From contig JBHGNT010000309.1 of the NCBI GenBank assembly GCA_043228905.1, forward strand, positions 1 through 36,333: DNA of 36,333 nucleotides, in the 5' to 3' direction. The notes beneath the pieces were generated by a model, which ran no database searches, was not told the DNA's origin, and saw only the letters and a list, made by a program, of their open reading frames with translations. The DNA comes from Azolla caroliniana. Its lineage: Eukaryota; Plantae; Polypodiophyta. Below, one piece after another: positions 12,501 through 23,046 of the stretch (within the stretch, counting starts at the first letter, position 1; each line of letters opens with the position of its first letter). The position numbers were made by a program, and so were the translations under genes.

Positions 12501-13459
12501 CTATTATCCTCCCCATTTGGTGTACAAATCTCACAAGTGCAGACACATAATTCCCCGTGTATACCCTTAGAATCAGTACACATTGCATTCACTGCTAACC
12601 TTAACATGTCCATCTTCACATGGTACACACAACAACATGTATTCCTCTCATTTAATTATCTAACATAAAATGGTTTCAAACCTTGGAACTTGTGGAATCC
12701 AACAGTCAAGCTTGGATGTTGGTCTTTAAAGTTCATGTACAATTCAGCCTAGATCAACCAATATATATAGCAAACATTAATATACACTTGGTCAAAACAT
12801 AAAGTTATGGAATGTGAATTGATATAGAAAAATGGAATACCTCTGTCATCTCCAAGAAGTGTCTAGGCTGAATCTGGTACTTACCCTGACTTATTCATTG
12901 TCTACACACGTCCTTCTTATTTGGTGAGACACGCGTATTTTTGGCCCAAAATGAATCCACTTTCTCAATAATCTCTTGAGATAAGGCATCACATCGTTGT
13001 CTACGTCCCAACCCCAACCACTTGAATTTGCTTGAGTGTATATTTCGGCGATGTTTCCTCAAGTTCCTTCTTTGAATACCCAGGGCTAAGGCAAATTTAG
13101 TATCACTATATTTTTTTCTCTCGCACAACCATGTGTAGGGCTGCCCTCTTTGCAGCAAGTTTGTCTAAGCTCTCTACACCTTTCACTAAGTCTAGGGATG
13201 ACTTCATAGACTCCACAATCTCTTCTGAAACACATTGGTCCCTAAATTTTATTCTCTCCATGTCTTCATTCAAACTTTGATGGTGTAACACTCTACAAAT
13301 AATATCCCTACGATCCTCTTCACTAAATCTCTTCATTATTTCTACCAAATAACGGACTATGTGAAGAACCACTCGTCTCTTAGTCCTTTCAGATATGCAT
13401 GAGTTACTTGACAACTCACTCTCGTTAGGAACCCCCATTCGGTCACTAGATTTATCCAC
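9512..13459 (-). pseudogene. DDD transposase, Sola2-like; 3 exons (~13459-12841, 12748-11799, 10397-9512), with several stops and one frameshift
   Basis: Motifs F.GLKPFYV..CCCVYH, Cys clusters, IDFAENY (~12081-12103), EVQSMHW, WVWSDGAASQFK (~11830-11865), WNYFGSGHGKGEHDGAG (~10317-10367), C-terminal SCFCSMC. GT-AG introns 12840-12749 and 11798-10398 restore the frame. Confidence 0.88.
10939..11600. repeat. 146-bp tandem repeat (~4.5 copies) in transposase intron 2
   Basis: TTAGTACAATTCTC at 10939, 11085, 11231, 11377 (146-bp period) and 11500 (123-bp interval). Confidence 0.92.
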
Positions 13460-13671
13460 AAAAATTAAGTGTCTTGCGAAAGTAGTTAGTGTTATATAGA
13501 CTCAACCAAGAAAACACAATCAAATGTTTTTAAATGTGGCCTGCAAAGTGAGAAATATTTTGTTTCAAACATTAGAATTACATATCAAATATGACAAATG
13601 TCAATTCTAAAAATTTAGTACTGAAATATGAAGAAATGAAACATTTTAGTACTGAAAATAAAAAAATGGAT

Positions 13672-14076
13672 GGAAGGAACCTCCAATGGTGGAGGGAGCG
13701 TTGGATATGCCGCCTCGATTTGGTGGAAGGAACCTCCAATGGTGGAGGGAGCCTGGATATGCAGCCTCGATTTGGTGGAAGGAACCTCCAATGGTGGAGG
13801 GAGCGTTGGATATGCCGCCTCGATTTGGTGGAAGGAACCTCCAATGGTGGAGGGAGCGTTGGATATGCCGCCTCGATTTGGTGGAAGGAACCTCCAATGG
13901 TGGAGGGAGCCTGGATATGCAGCCTCGATTTGGTGGAAGGAACCTCCAATGGTGGAGGGAGCGTTGGATATGCCGCCTCGATTTGGTGGAAGGAACCTCC
14001 AATGGTGGAGGGAGCGTTGGATATGCCGCCTCAATTTGGTGGAAGGAACCTCCAATGCCGCCTCGATTTGGTGGAA
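13672..14076. repeat. Subterminal 53/52-bp minisatellite, 7 full copies plus 1 truncated, each containing the hairpin CCTCCA-ATGG-TGGAGG
   Basis: Units start at 13672, 13725, 13777, 13830, 13883, 13935, 13988 and 14041; variant order A-B-A-A-B-A-A'. Confidence 0.97.
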
Positions 14077-14160
14077 AAAGCCCCAAATCACCACGACATC
14101 AACTGCAATCGGTGGAAGTAAGAAAGTCATTGTCGAAGAAGTCATTATTGGCTGCTACCT

Positions 14161-14220
14161 AAACCCTCACAATAGTCTCTGTACCTCAACCTAAACCCTA
14201 ACAAAAACAGAAACCCTAAA
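14161..14220 (-). promoter_or_regulatory. Telo-box-like AAACCCT(A) cluster upstream of the transposase
   Basis: AAACCCT at 14161, AAACCCTA at ~14193 and 14211. Telo-boxes are common in plant promoters and 5' UTRs; function is inferred. Confidence 0.35.
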
Positions 14221-14573
14221 AAAATAAAAAATCTTGAACTCAAACTCTCCAACCAGACATGGATGTCTGATATTTAGATTGAAGGAAAATCAGAAACGTG
14301 ACATGGATGTCTGTGATGAAAAGCTCAGAGGGATAGAGGAAGAGGAGTATGAGGGGAAGCGCCAAAATCGACGTGAGGGGAAAATAGCCCCCAAAATGGA
14401 AGAACATCTCCTCACGTGTTCCCCCCACTCCTTCTACAGTAAATGACACTTGTACTACAGTCACCCCACTCTCCAAAATCGATTTTCTTTTTCTCTAATT
14501 TTTTTTCTAAATTATTCAGTACTAACAGTATTGAAAGTACTGACAATTTTTGTGGCAAAAAACAGTACTTTTC

Positions 14574-14599
14574 TGGTACACTGTAGTGTGCTTCGACCC
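14574..14599 (-). repeat. Right terminal inverted repeat (26 bp)
   Basis: Followed by TSD CTTA (14600-14603). Confidence 0.95.
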
Positions 14600-15830
14600 C
14601 TTACCTTCTTTTCCGAACGGAACATTGCCAATGTGCCGAATCGGGTGCGTAGTGTCATCTCCAGTTTTGACATAGCCGGGTCGGTCCGGCTCTCGGAGTT
14701 CTCGGAACCATTCTTGATGCGATGTCATATAGTTCGAGGCACCGGAATCAACGAACCATACGTCTTTCGGACCGGAAGCACTAGTTGAGGTAGCGGCCGA
14801 CATAGAGTTTGCTCTATGTTTAATCATGAACATTCCGCCACGGTCGGAGTTGTGCGCATACATTCCACCACGATCTTCGTAGTCGGAGTTGTGCCCGTAC
14901 ATTTCGCCACGGTCGGAGTTGTGTGCATACATTCCTCCACGATCTTCGTAGTCAAAGTTGTGTGCGTAATTCGTGAGTTGTCGGTTTGTGGAAGCTGATT
15001 CACGCATCTTCTTTCGGCACTCTTCTTCGTGGTGGTCGAGCTTTCTGCAATATCCGCATTCGGTTCCGTTTTGACGGCATGGGCCGGAGTGGAAGCTCCC
15101 CCTTCTTGCGAAGGTTCCTCTTTGGCCTCCGTTTTGTGGTCGAAATTGGGAGTTGTTGTCGTAGGTCGGACCTCGTCCACTTTGTCCTTGGCCGAATCGG
15201 CCTCTCGCTCGTCCGCGTCCTCTTCCTCCATTAGAGTGCATGTAGAGCATGTGGCCTTCCGACTCATTGCTCCTTGTACGCACGTGGTTTTCTTCGACCA
15301 ATAGCATTGATTGGAGCTCGAAGAAGGAGGGAGATTTCTCCCGTGCTAGAACGGCGGTTTGCATCACGCCGAACCGTGGTGCGAGGCCGCCGAGGCATAT
15401 TTGCACCATCTCATCATCATCTATACTTACACTTATTGAGCCGAGCGAGTCACAAAGCTCCTTGATCTTCAAGGTGTATGTCGTGATGGACATGTCCCTT
15501 TGTTGAATGTTGTTCAACTCTTGGCGGAGTTGAAGCTTCCTCGCGGTCGTGTTGGCGGCGAAAATCTTTCGTAGATTTTCCCACGCTTCCTTCGGCGTCC
15601 TCTCGAATGGAACCGAGCATGTGGTCATGAACACATGTTGCCAAAAATACATCACGCAGCTTGCGGCTTGCTCCCATGTCTCGTATCCGGGAGCCGCTTC
15701 ATGCGCTCCTTTGATGTAGCTCCAATAGCCTTGTCCGCCAAGGTTTTGGTGCATCTTGTACTCCGAAGATGCGAAGTTGTTTCAATCCAACTTCTCGGTA
15801 GGGAGAGCGCTCCCCATTTGAGTATTCATT
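14600..15830 (-). mobile_element. Ty1/copia gag-protease (5' part of the element split by the transposon)
   Basis: UBN2-type gag (KEAWENLRKIF..RKLQLRQELNNIQQ), CCHC-like knuckle CGYCRKLDHHEEEC, protease WFVDSGASNYMT. Confidence 0.93.
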
Positions 15831-15976
15831 ATGTCGATTCTTCTTCTTCTTCTTCTCTCTTCGAATGCGAGCTATGTAGCGAAGCTACGATAGCTATGAC
15901 CCGGTTCTTGGTCGTCGGCGTAGAGCACAACACACAATCACGATGAGGCGAATGGGCTAGATCGATCTACCAAATC

Positions 15977-15988
15977 GTTCTGATACCA
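15977..15988 (-). promoter_or_regulatory. Copia primer-binding site (tRNA-iMet)
   Basis: Minus strand CA|TGGTATCAGAAC versus canonical TGGTATCAGAGC. Confidence 0.85.
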
Positions 15989-16304
15989 TGTAAAGAATCA
16001 AGAGATGGATTCTTGTGAAGCGGAAGAGATGTGAGTTATGTGTGTGTGTAAGAGAGAGAGAGAGAGTGAGTGAAACACAGAGAATACGCAAGGTAAAAGT
16101 CTATTGACAAAGGAGAAAGACTCAACATTATACAAGGTGGGAGGAGGGTGCTTTATGTAGTCACCCTCTCTCTTCATTGACTACAAGACTCATGGAGCAT
16201 GGGGAATGTGAAAGCTCATAAGTTATGTGTCATAGAATATGATTCTATGACTCATACTAAATGCTAGAATACAAAGTCGTGACATAATAATGGTGACTCT
16301 TGAC
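15989..16304 (-). mobile_element. Copia 5' LTR (~316 bp)
   Basis: TG immediately after the PBS on the + strand; ends TTGAC(C) where the gypsy gag sequence begins. Outer terminus is imperfect. Confidence 0.7.
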
Positions 16305-17054
16305 CGTTGGAGTGTCTCTTCACTCTCAAGGTGATTTCACACACTATACCAAGTTGAGCTTGATTCTCAACATTCTACCACCCCTGGTTTCGTGTGTCTC
16401 ACTAATGCAGCCTGTGGATGTTTGGCCACTCAACGGAGACCCGTCATTCCATTCCCTTCTCTTATTGAAGCAACTCCAAACCCGTTTTACCATAGCCCAA
16501 TCCGTCATGAGCCCATCATTAGTTTCGAGGAGGAACCCCACCTTCTCTCGGTCTCATGCATCAACAGTCTTTATGAATAGTAGGACCTTGCTTGTGTCAA
16601 GCACCATCCTATCGAGCGTCAAGAGTCGAGCGAAGCGCTTCTCAAATTCTTGTAAAAGTACCATAGTACTTCTCCCCTTGCCGGGAAGCTCAACCCACTC
16701 CATTAGATCCCTTTTCGAAATTCTGAGTGAGTCATCAAGGCCGTACTTCTCGAGGAGTCTTTCTTCAAACTCCACCCAATTGCAACAGTCCGCTTGGATC
16801 TCGAGTACCTCCGTGTGGATACTCGGCGTTACCACTCTAGAGAATCCGGTTAGCCTCCTATCTTCGGGGACATTTCGCATAAGCATTTCGGCCTTATAGG
16901 CATCCAAGTAGCTCATGATATCTCTTCCATTGAACCGACCCGTTGTGCTTACCATCGTCTCTATGGCCCGGTCTAGGCCGGTCATGCCTTCTCGGGCATT
17001 TACTAAGCGGTCCACCGCCGCCACCATCACTTCAGCGAGTTCTCCTCCTCGCAT
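16305..17054 (-). mobile_element. Ty3/gypsy gag remnant (non-chromovirus, possibly Phygy-like), interrupted by the copia element
   Basis: ORFs 16554-17096 and 16344-16541: GRFNGRDIMSYLDAYKAEM...WVEFEERLLEKY...LLETNDGLMTDWAMVK, a retrotransposon capsid-like sequence lying downstream of a PBS and LTR. Confidence 0.75.
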
Positions 17055-17076
17055 CTTGGTTCTCCCTTGCCGCCCT

Positions 17077-17095
17077 TTCACGTCGGGTTCACCCA
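17077..17095 (-). promoter_or_regulatory. Primer-binding site complementary to tRNA-Trp
   Basis: + strand TTCACGTCGGGTTCACC(C)A matches the 3' end of plant tRNA-Trp(CCA) (...TTCACGTCGGGTTCA-CCA), 4 nt from the LTR end. Confidence 0.8.
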
Positions 17096-17099
17096 TTTA

Positions 17100-18789
17100 T
17101 GTCGCGAAGTTTCGCGCACGTGTGTTACTTGGGCGGGACCACGAGGGTTTTGGACTAGGGAGTACTCAAGGGATAGAGAAGACCCGAGGTTTGCTTTACG
17201 ACAATACTACTTCCCGGCCCCTTCCTGAGCAAGGTCTCGTTGCCCTTTGTTTTGTGAGGTCGGTGGCTCTCGTTGATCACGACTCGTCGACCTTCCGAGA
17301 TCACCGCACGAGCCAAGTGACCAAACGGGTACAAGCAAGATGATTACGCAACATGAGCGCACAAGGGGACGATAACAGAAACATGAATGTCCGTATGTCT
17401 TTATGAGGAGGAGAGGTGCATGGGCACGCCCGAACGATTCCTCGTCACAAGACGTCGAACGTACGAGGAAGACACAAAACACATGCACAAATGCTCGTAC
17501 GCCTTTATGAGGAGGAGAGGTGCATGGGCAAGCCCGAACGCTCCCTCGTCACGAGACGACCGAACGTACAAGGAAGACACAAACACACGCACAAAATGCT
17601 CGTACGCCTTTATAAGGAGGAGAGGTGCATGGGTGAGCCTGAAATGCTCCCTCGTCACGAGACGGTCGAACGTACAAGGAAGACACAACACATGCACAAA
17701 ATGCTCGTACGTCTTTATGAGGACGAGAGGTGCATGGGCACGCCCGAAACACTCCCTCGTCACAAGACGGCCGAACGTACAAGGAAGACACAAACACACA
17801 CCCACATGCTCGTACACCTTTATGAGGAGGTGAGTTGCATGGGCAATCCCGAATGGTCTCCTCGTCACAAGATGGCCGAACGTACAAGGAAGACACTAAC
17901 ACACACACAAATGCTCGTACGCCTTTATGAAGAGGAGAGGTGCATGGGCAAGCCTGAACGGTCCACTCGTTACAAGACGGCTGAACGTACAAAAAAAGAC
18001 ACAAACACACACACACAAATGCTCGTACGCCTTTATGAGGAGGAGAGGTGCATGGGCAAGCCCGAACAGTCCCCTCGTCACAAGACGGCCGAACGTACAA
18101 AAAAAAACACACAAACACACACACACAAAATGCTCATACGCCTTTATGAGGAGGAGAGGTGCATGGGCAAGCCTGAACAGTCCCCTCATCACAAGACGGC
18201 CGAACGTACAAGGAAGACACGAATAAAGAAAGAAGGAGAGAAAGAAACACGAATGATATCAACCAAAGAGATAAATAGGTGTTCGATTCCAACGCTAGAG
18301 AACCCTTTATAAAATAGGGTTTTGTTTACAATGGCAACTTATAGTTAACCACAAGTTCAATCAAAACATAAATATTAAATGCCCTTAGAGACAAACGTAA
18401 ATCCGAACACGGTGAAGATGAACACATGAGCACCACCAAAATGTCAATCCCAACGAACCACGACCACCCGAACGGCGAGCACACAGGTTCGCAACGACGA
18501 ATGGGGCGGAGCAACGTCAAACCAACGAATCTTGGGCTCACGAGCACTTCAAGTGCCGACACGAAGAGGACGAGCACGTGGCGATGGGGAGATGAAGGGG
18601 TATGAGATGAAGAGAAGTGGTAAATAAGGAGATGAAGAGCTTCGAAGGAAAATTGGCGATAGTCTCCTCCTCCCAAAACGTCCTCCCGAATGAGCCCCCC
18701 TCGACCTCTTTTTATAGGAAAAAAAGAAGGGGGGGTCGCCAAATTTGTCTTCAATAAAAAAGGAATAAAATTCCTTAAATCATGCTACA
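17100..18789 (-). mobile_element. Gypsy 5' LTR (~1.69 kb)
   Basis: TGTCGC (17100)...TGCTACA (18789) imperfect inverted ends, adjacent PBS, TATA-like TATAAAAA on the minus strand near 18710-18717. Confidence 0.7.
17385..18221. repeat. ~105-bp tandem repeat, 8 copies, inside the gypsy LTR
   Basis: TTATGAGG-type anchor at 17401, 17505, 17610, 17715, 17820, 17925, 18033 and 18144. Confidence 0.95.
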
Positions 18790-19114
18790 CTATAAGTCCA
18801 AATTCAAACCGTGCACCTCTAGCTTATAGTCAATGTGACTATCCACTAGCCCACTAACTCTCTTTTATATAATATATAATTCTATCTCTATAAATTTATA
18901 GCCTCTCTCCCCTCTACCTTTTATCTCTCCTCTCTCTTACTTTTTGCACGAGCTTCTATACCTCCTTTTCACCCTTTCTTTTCCTTTTTACTTTGCATAT
19001 ACACAGTTAATCGCATTTGTGTGCACACACATTGCACATGCAACTTTTTGACCCCCCCTTCCGCCGGTTTTAACCACCCTCGAGCACGCCACATCACGAC
19101 CCTCGAGCACGCCA

Positions 19115-20842
19115 TAAAAGAGAGAGAGAGAGAGAGAGATAAGACTTGGAATGGAAATGAGATTATTTTATGAAGAAACAAGGTTACAAAGAGTAGGCTA
19201 AGGGCTAAATACTGGTGTTGAACCGAATGAGTTATGATAAATGAATAGACACCTATTTATAGGTCCTTATGGAGTATTCTAGAATGTTCTAGAATATTCT
19301 AGATATTTATGATATTTAATACAATCATGGAATATCCTAGAAAGTTCTAGAATATTCTAGAATACTCTAAATATCTTGTAATAACTAATAATATATTTAT
19401 TGTAAATATATATGATATATGTTATTATAATGGTTAAAGGTATCTTGGGCTCGAGTCCTTGTAAGGCCAAAATGTATGTCTTCATGACATTATGCTCCCT
19501 TTTGGACAATGAGTTCCATGGGTCAGAAGACAAGATTTCAGACTTTGTTTATGGGGATATTTGTTGTGAAACATAGCAACCATTTCGAAAGCATTAGCAA
19601 GATTCTCGAGAGGTTCCCATGTTCGATCATTAGGTGTATAACCTAACCAATCAACCAAATAATACAGTTTGTTGCAAACGATCTTGGAATCGAGAATGGT
19701 AGAAACTTCACATTCGAAGCCATTCGAAACTTTGATTGGAGTTGAGGAAGATGTAAGCCGACCTGCAATAGAGTTGGTCTTGTACGTCTCCAAAAGTGAA
19801 ACATGGAAGACCGGGTGAAGATGCATATGAGGGGGAAGATCAAGGCAAAATGCCACATCATTAATCTTACCAGATATCACATATGGGCCAAAACGTTGAT
19901 AATCCAATTTGCAGCTTGAAGGTCGGGTTGTTTTAATGTGACCTTGTAAAACCCATACTCGATCTCCCACTTGAAACGTAGTCAATGAATCACGTCGATG
20001 ATGGTTGACAACCTTCTTTTGAGTGTTTTAAGCATCACATAAATGGTGTAAAAGGATATCTTGAACTTCTTGGAGTCGGCTGAGACGATCATCAACAGTC
20101 AAGTTCGTCGGGAGTTCGGGATGTTCAAGCATAGTCGAATGAGGATGGTACCGAATGTTTGCAAAAAATGGGGAATATCACCCTGGGACGCAACAAGTAA
20201 AAGCAGATGCTTTATGTCGACGTTGATATGTAGAACTTCAACCAGGAGAGGCACATTTGAAAGTCAAAAGCAAATCCTCTTGGGTCTTGACCATCTACGA
20301 CTAATGGCATTTCATGTTATAGACACACCCGAGGATTCAAGTCTTCTGGACTCCATTCGAGAGCATATTGCGATTGATGAATTCGCCCAAGACATTCTGA
20401 ACCATATTATCCTAGATCGTGCTTCTTGTTCACAATCTCAAAATCCTCGTCAAGACTACAACCAGTTCAATTGGTATGATGGATTACTTTTTCGACAAAA
20501 TCTCTTATATGTGCCTGATGGTCCTTCTCGACTCCAAGTCTTGCAACAATGTCATGACGCACCAATGGCTGGATATTTCGGCATCCACAAGACTTTGACG
20601 TTAATTTCTCGAAGATATCGGTGGCCACGACTTCACCATTTTGTTGTGGATTATGTTCGTAATTGTGATACATGTTGCCGATCCAAAAAAACTCGACATC
20701 ATCCATATGGGTCATTAGAGCTAGTGCCTATTCCTGAGAGTCCATGGAAATCTATTTCATTGGTCCTTATTACGGATTAGCTCTTAGCCTACTCTTTGTA
20801 ACCTTGTTTCCTCATCATATAACCTCGTTTCCATTTCAACTC

Positions 20843-20893
<51 letters not shown>

Positions 20894-21195
20894 TCACGAG
20901 TTACGATAGTTTGAACCGAATGAGGTGTGATGAATGAATAGACACCTATTTATAGGTCCTTATGTAGTATGCTAGAATTTTCTAGAATATTGTAGATTTT
21001 TATGATATTTAATATAATCATGGAATATCATAGAATGTTGTAGAATACTCTAAATATCTTGTAATAACTAATAATATAATAATATTTTATGACTATACAT
21101 CATATATGTTATCATAATGGTTAAAGGTCTAATGTATAGACCAAGACATCTTGGGCTTGAATCCCTTTAAGGCCAAAATGTATGGCTTCATGACA
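19115..21195 (-). mobile_element. Rearranged non-autonomous chromovirus (Tcn1-like gypsy), copy 1
   Basis: LTR ending at 19489 with PPT. Minus-strand GPY and chromodomain (HPVFHVSLLE...YYLVDWLGY...TWEP). Plus-strand RNase H end and integrase zinc finger 20176-20776. Inverted LTR piece 20777-20908, second LTR piece 20911-21195. Confidence 0.85.
20846..20889. repeat. (TC)n microsatellite in the LTR piece
   Basis: About 22 TC units, read directly. Confidence 0.95.
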
Positions 21196-23046
21196 AATTA
21201 TCTCGAGATTTGCTCCAATTTCGCTTGTTGTTTGGCTGCTATGAAGAACTTCTTCCTCGGTTAGTCGAACCTTGTAATACATACGCGTTATTGGCCGAAT
21301 CTTTTGCAAATGATTTCCTCCAAGCTGCTTTAGTCAAAATTGTGCCCGTGCCTGAGGAGTATTTAACGACCGCAGTCGATGCGTTGCACATGGTTGTGAT
21401 GAAAGTTTCCCACGAAGGGGGGAGACTACTGATAAGCAGCAATGCTCTTAGTTCATCCTCGATAGTCATTCCTTGAGCCGAAATTTGGGAGCTTATACTT
21501 TCGTACTCGTTGAGGTGCGTTGGAGCGAATCAGATTCTTTCATCCGAAGGTTATAGAGGCGTCGTATCAAATATATCTTCGTGGCGGCGACCTTCTTTTC
21601 GTAATTGTCCGAAAGTGTCTTCCATAGTTGGAAGGCAGTCAAACATGATTGCATTCTAATGTACACGGACTTCGATAGATGCATCCGAATAGTGGTTGTG
21701 ACAATTCTGTTGAACTTGTCCCATTCAAGCGGCTTGTATCCTTCTACAGCATTTTCGTTTTCGATGGGGTCGATTTGCCCCTTGACTATTATTAAATAGT
21801 CTTGAATCTACTCCTTCCATATTTGAAGTTCGATGTATCAAACTTCCTTAGACTCATCTCTGACGAGCCGGATGTTGATGCCATCTGTGTCGATTTTGAA
21901 GGGGGCTTTGTTTGGCTTGGCTACGAATAGTCCTTGGGTGCGGCAGACTGGCTCACCCGAATTCGTTCTAGTCGAGTTTGAACACAAGCCGGATCTTATT
22001 CGAAATTTAGGAGACTCGATCCGAAGTGACCACGGCTGACTAGCCTAGTCGAGTTGGACCCGAGTATGTCGATTTTTTTTTTTGAGTTCTGAACATAGAG
22101 TATGTGCCGATTATCCAGGCCGATCCTACTTCAGGTGACTACAACAATGAGAAGAATAGATTCAGCTAATCTTTCTGAATGAAGCACAGAAGGGGGTTAT
22201 TCCTATAGCCCAGACAACTATGAGTGATTATGACAAGCGAGTGACTAGCGTCAGGTGACCTATTCGATTGTTGTCTAATCCAAGGACTATTCGATTGTTG
22301 TCTAATCCAATGTAGTTCAGCTGAGGCAGAGCATGTGAAGCAAAATCTCACTCTATGCGGCTACAATCAAAGGAGTGAAGTGTAGCCGATTGGCTCACTT
22401 CAATGGTGATTTAGAATAGCGAAGTGCAGATTTTGCCGGTGTTTCTCTTCGCGGAAACGATCTTGTAGAGAGTTGCCAACCGAGATATTCACGATGTACA
22501 AAAGAAGAGTTGTTGATAGAAACTAGATAGACGGCAGACGCAGAATCGAAAGAACCTGGCTCTAATACCAAATGTTGAGAACATGGTCGTATTGTGCAGA
22601 ACAAATCAACACTCTCCAAAGGTGAGGATCATAAGTGGATGCAAACAAGGTAGATTGATACCATCATCAACAGAAACAGAGAAACAAGACACAAGAAGAA
22701 CGCAAGAGAGAGAGAGAGACGATTAGGCACAAGATGAACTATATTTGAACAACACTCAAAACTAGGTTACAAAGTTAGTTTATGTACTGTTTGACTTAGG
22801 GCAAGTGCCCTTCGTGTAGGACTTTCGTGTAGCTCGTTCTTCCTTCCTTCCTTTTGGTTTGTTGGTCTGTCCATGTAGCCAATTTATGGTGTGGACATCC
22901 TGATCATGAAACATGTGTCGTGCCAATGCCTGAACTCGTGTCCGCCCACTCCGCTTGCGCAACCATGAAGCTCAGCCTTTGCCAACCACGCAATATACAA
23001 AACCCTATCTATAAGAGATCTAAACATACAATAATTCTTACAAACA
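21196..23046 (-). mobile_element. Second Ty1/copia remnant: truncated gag (21196-~21890), PBS 22558-22570, 5' LTR 22573-23046
   Basis: gag motifs LWKTLSDNYEKK..KIYLIRRLYNLRMKE and LLLISSLPPSWE; PBS TGGTATTAGAGCC; LTR TGTTG...CAAACA. Confidence 0.8.

Larger units (their letters stand above)
2568..14599 (-). mobile_element. 12,032-bp TIR DNA transposon, Sola-like (most likely Sola2); termini intact, coding regions decayed
   Basis: TIRs GGGTCGAAGCATGCTACGGTGTACCA (2568-2593) and TGGTACACTGTAGTGTGCTTCGACCC (14574-14599), 23/26 identical. TSD CTTA at 2564-2567 and 14600-14603. Removing the element and one TSD restores the copia frame PFGKEGKKNYIKNVLHVP. Confidence 0.93.

Noticed and set aside
13672-14076. 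CRISPR-like array (palindromic repeats at regular spacing)
   Set aside because: No unique spacers, since whole units repeat; no cas genes; eukaryotic context.
13578-14194. Six overlapping 120-180 aa ORFs
   Set aside because: Artefacts of a stop-poor GC-rich minisatellite, open on both strands.
14161-14220. Interstitial telomere array
   Set aside because: Only three scattered AAACCCT motifs, not tandem; treated as possible telo-boxes.
2565-14603. PIF/Harbinger or Zator assignment from an apparent 3-bp TTA TSD and GG termini
   Set aside because: The TIRs align without a gap only with a 4-bp CTTA TSD, and the transposase lacks Harbinger and Zator motifs.
20061-20175. N-terminus of the 239-aa plus-strand ORF as real protein
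   Set aside because: This stretch is the antisense of minus-strand integrase (YSPFFAN..YHP); plus-strand homology begins only at ~20176.
19115-21195. DIRS-type retroelement (inverted terminal repeats)
   Set aside because: No tyrosine recombinase; all coding remnants are chromovirus integrase/RNase H and the inverted repeats are LTR pieces.
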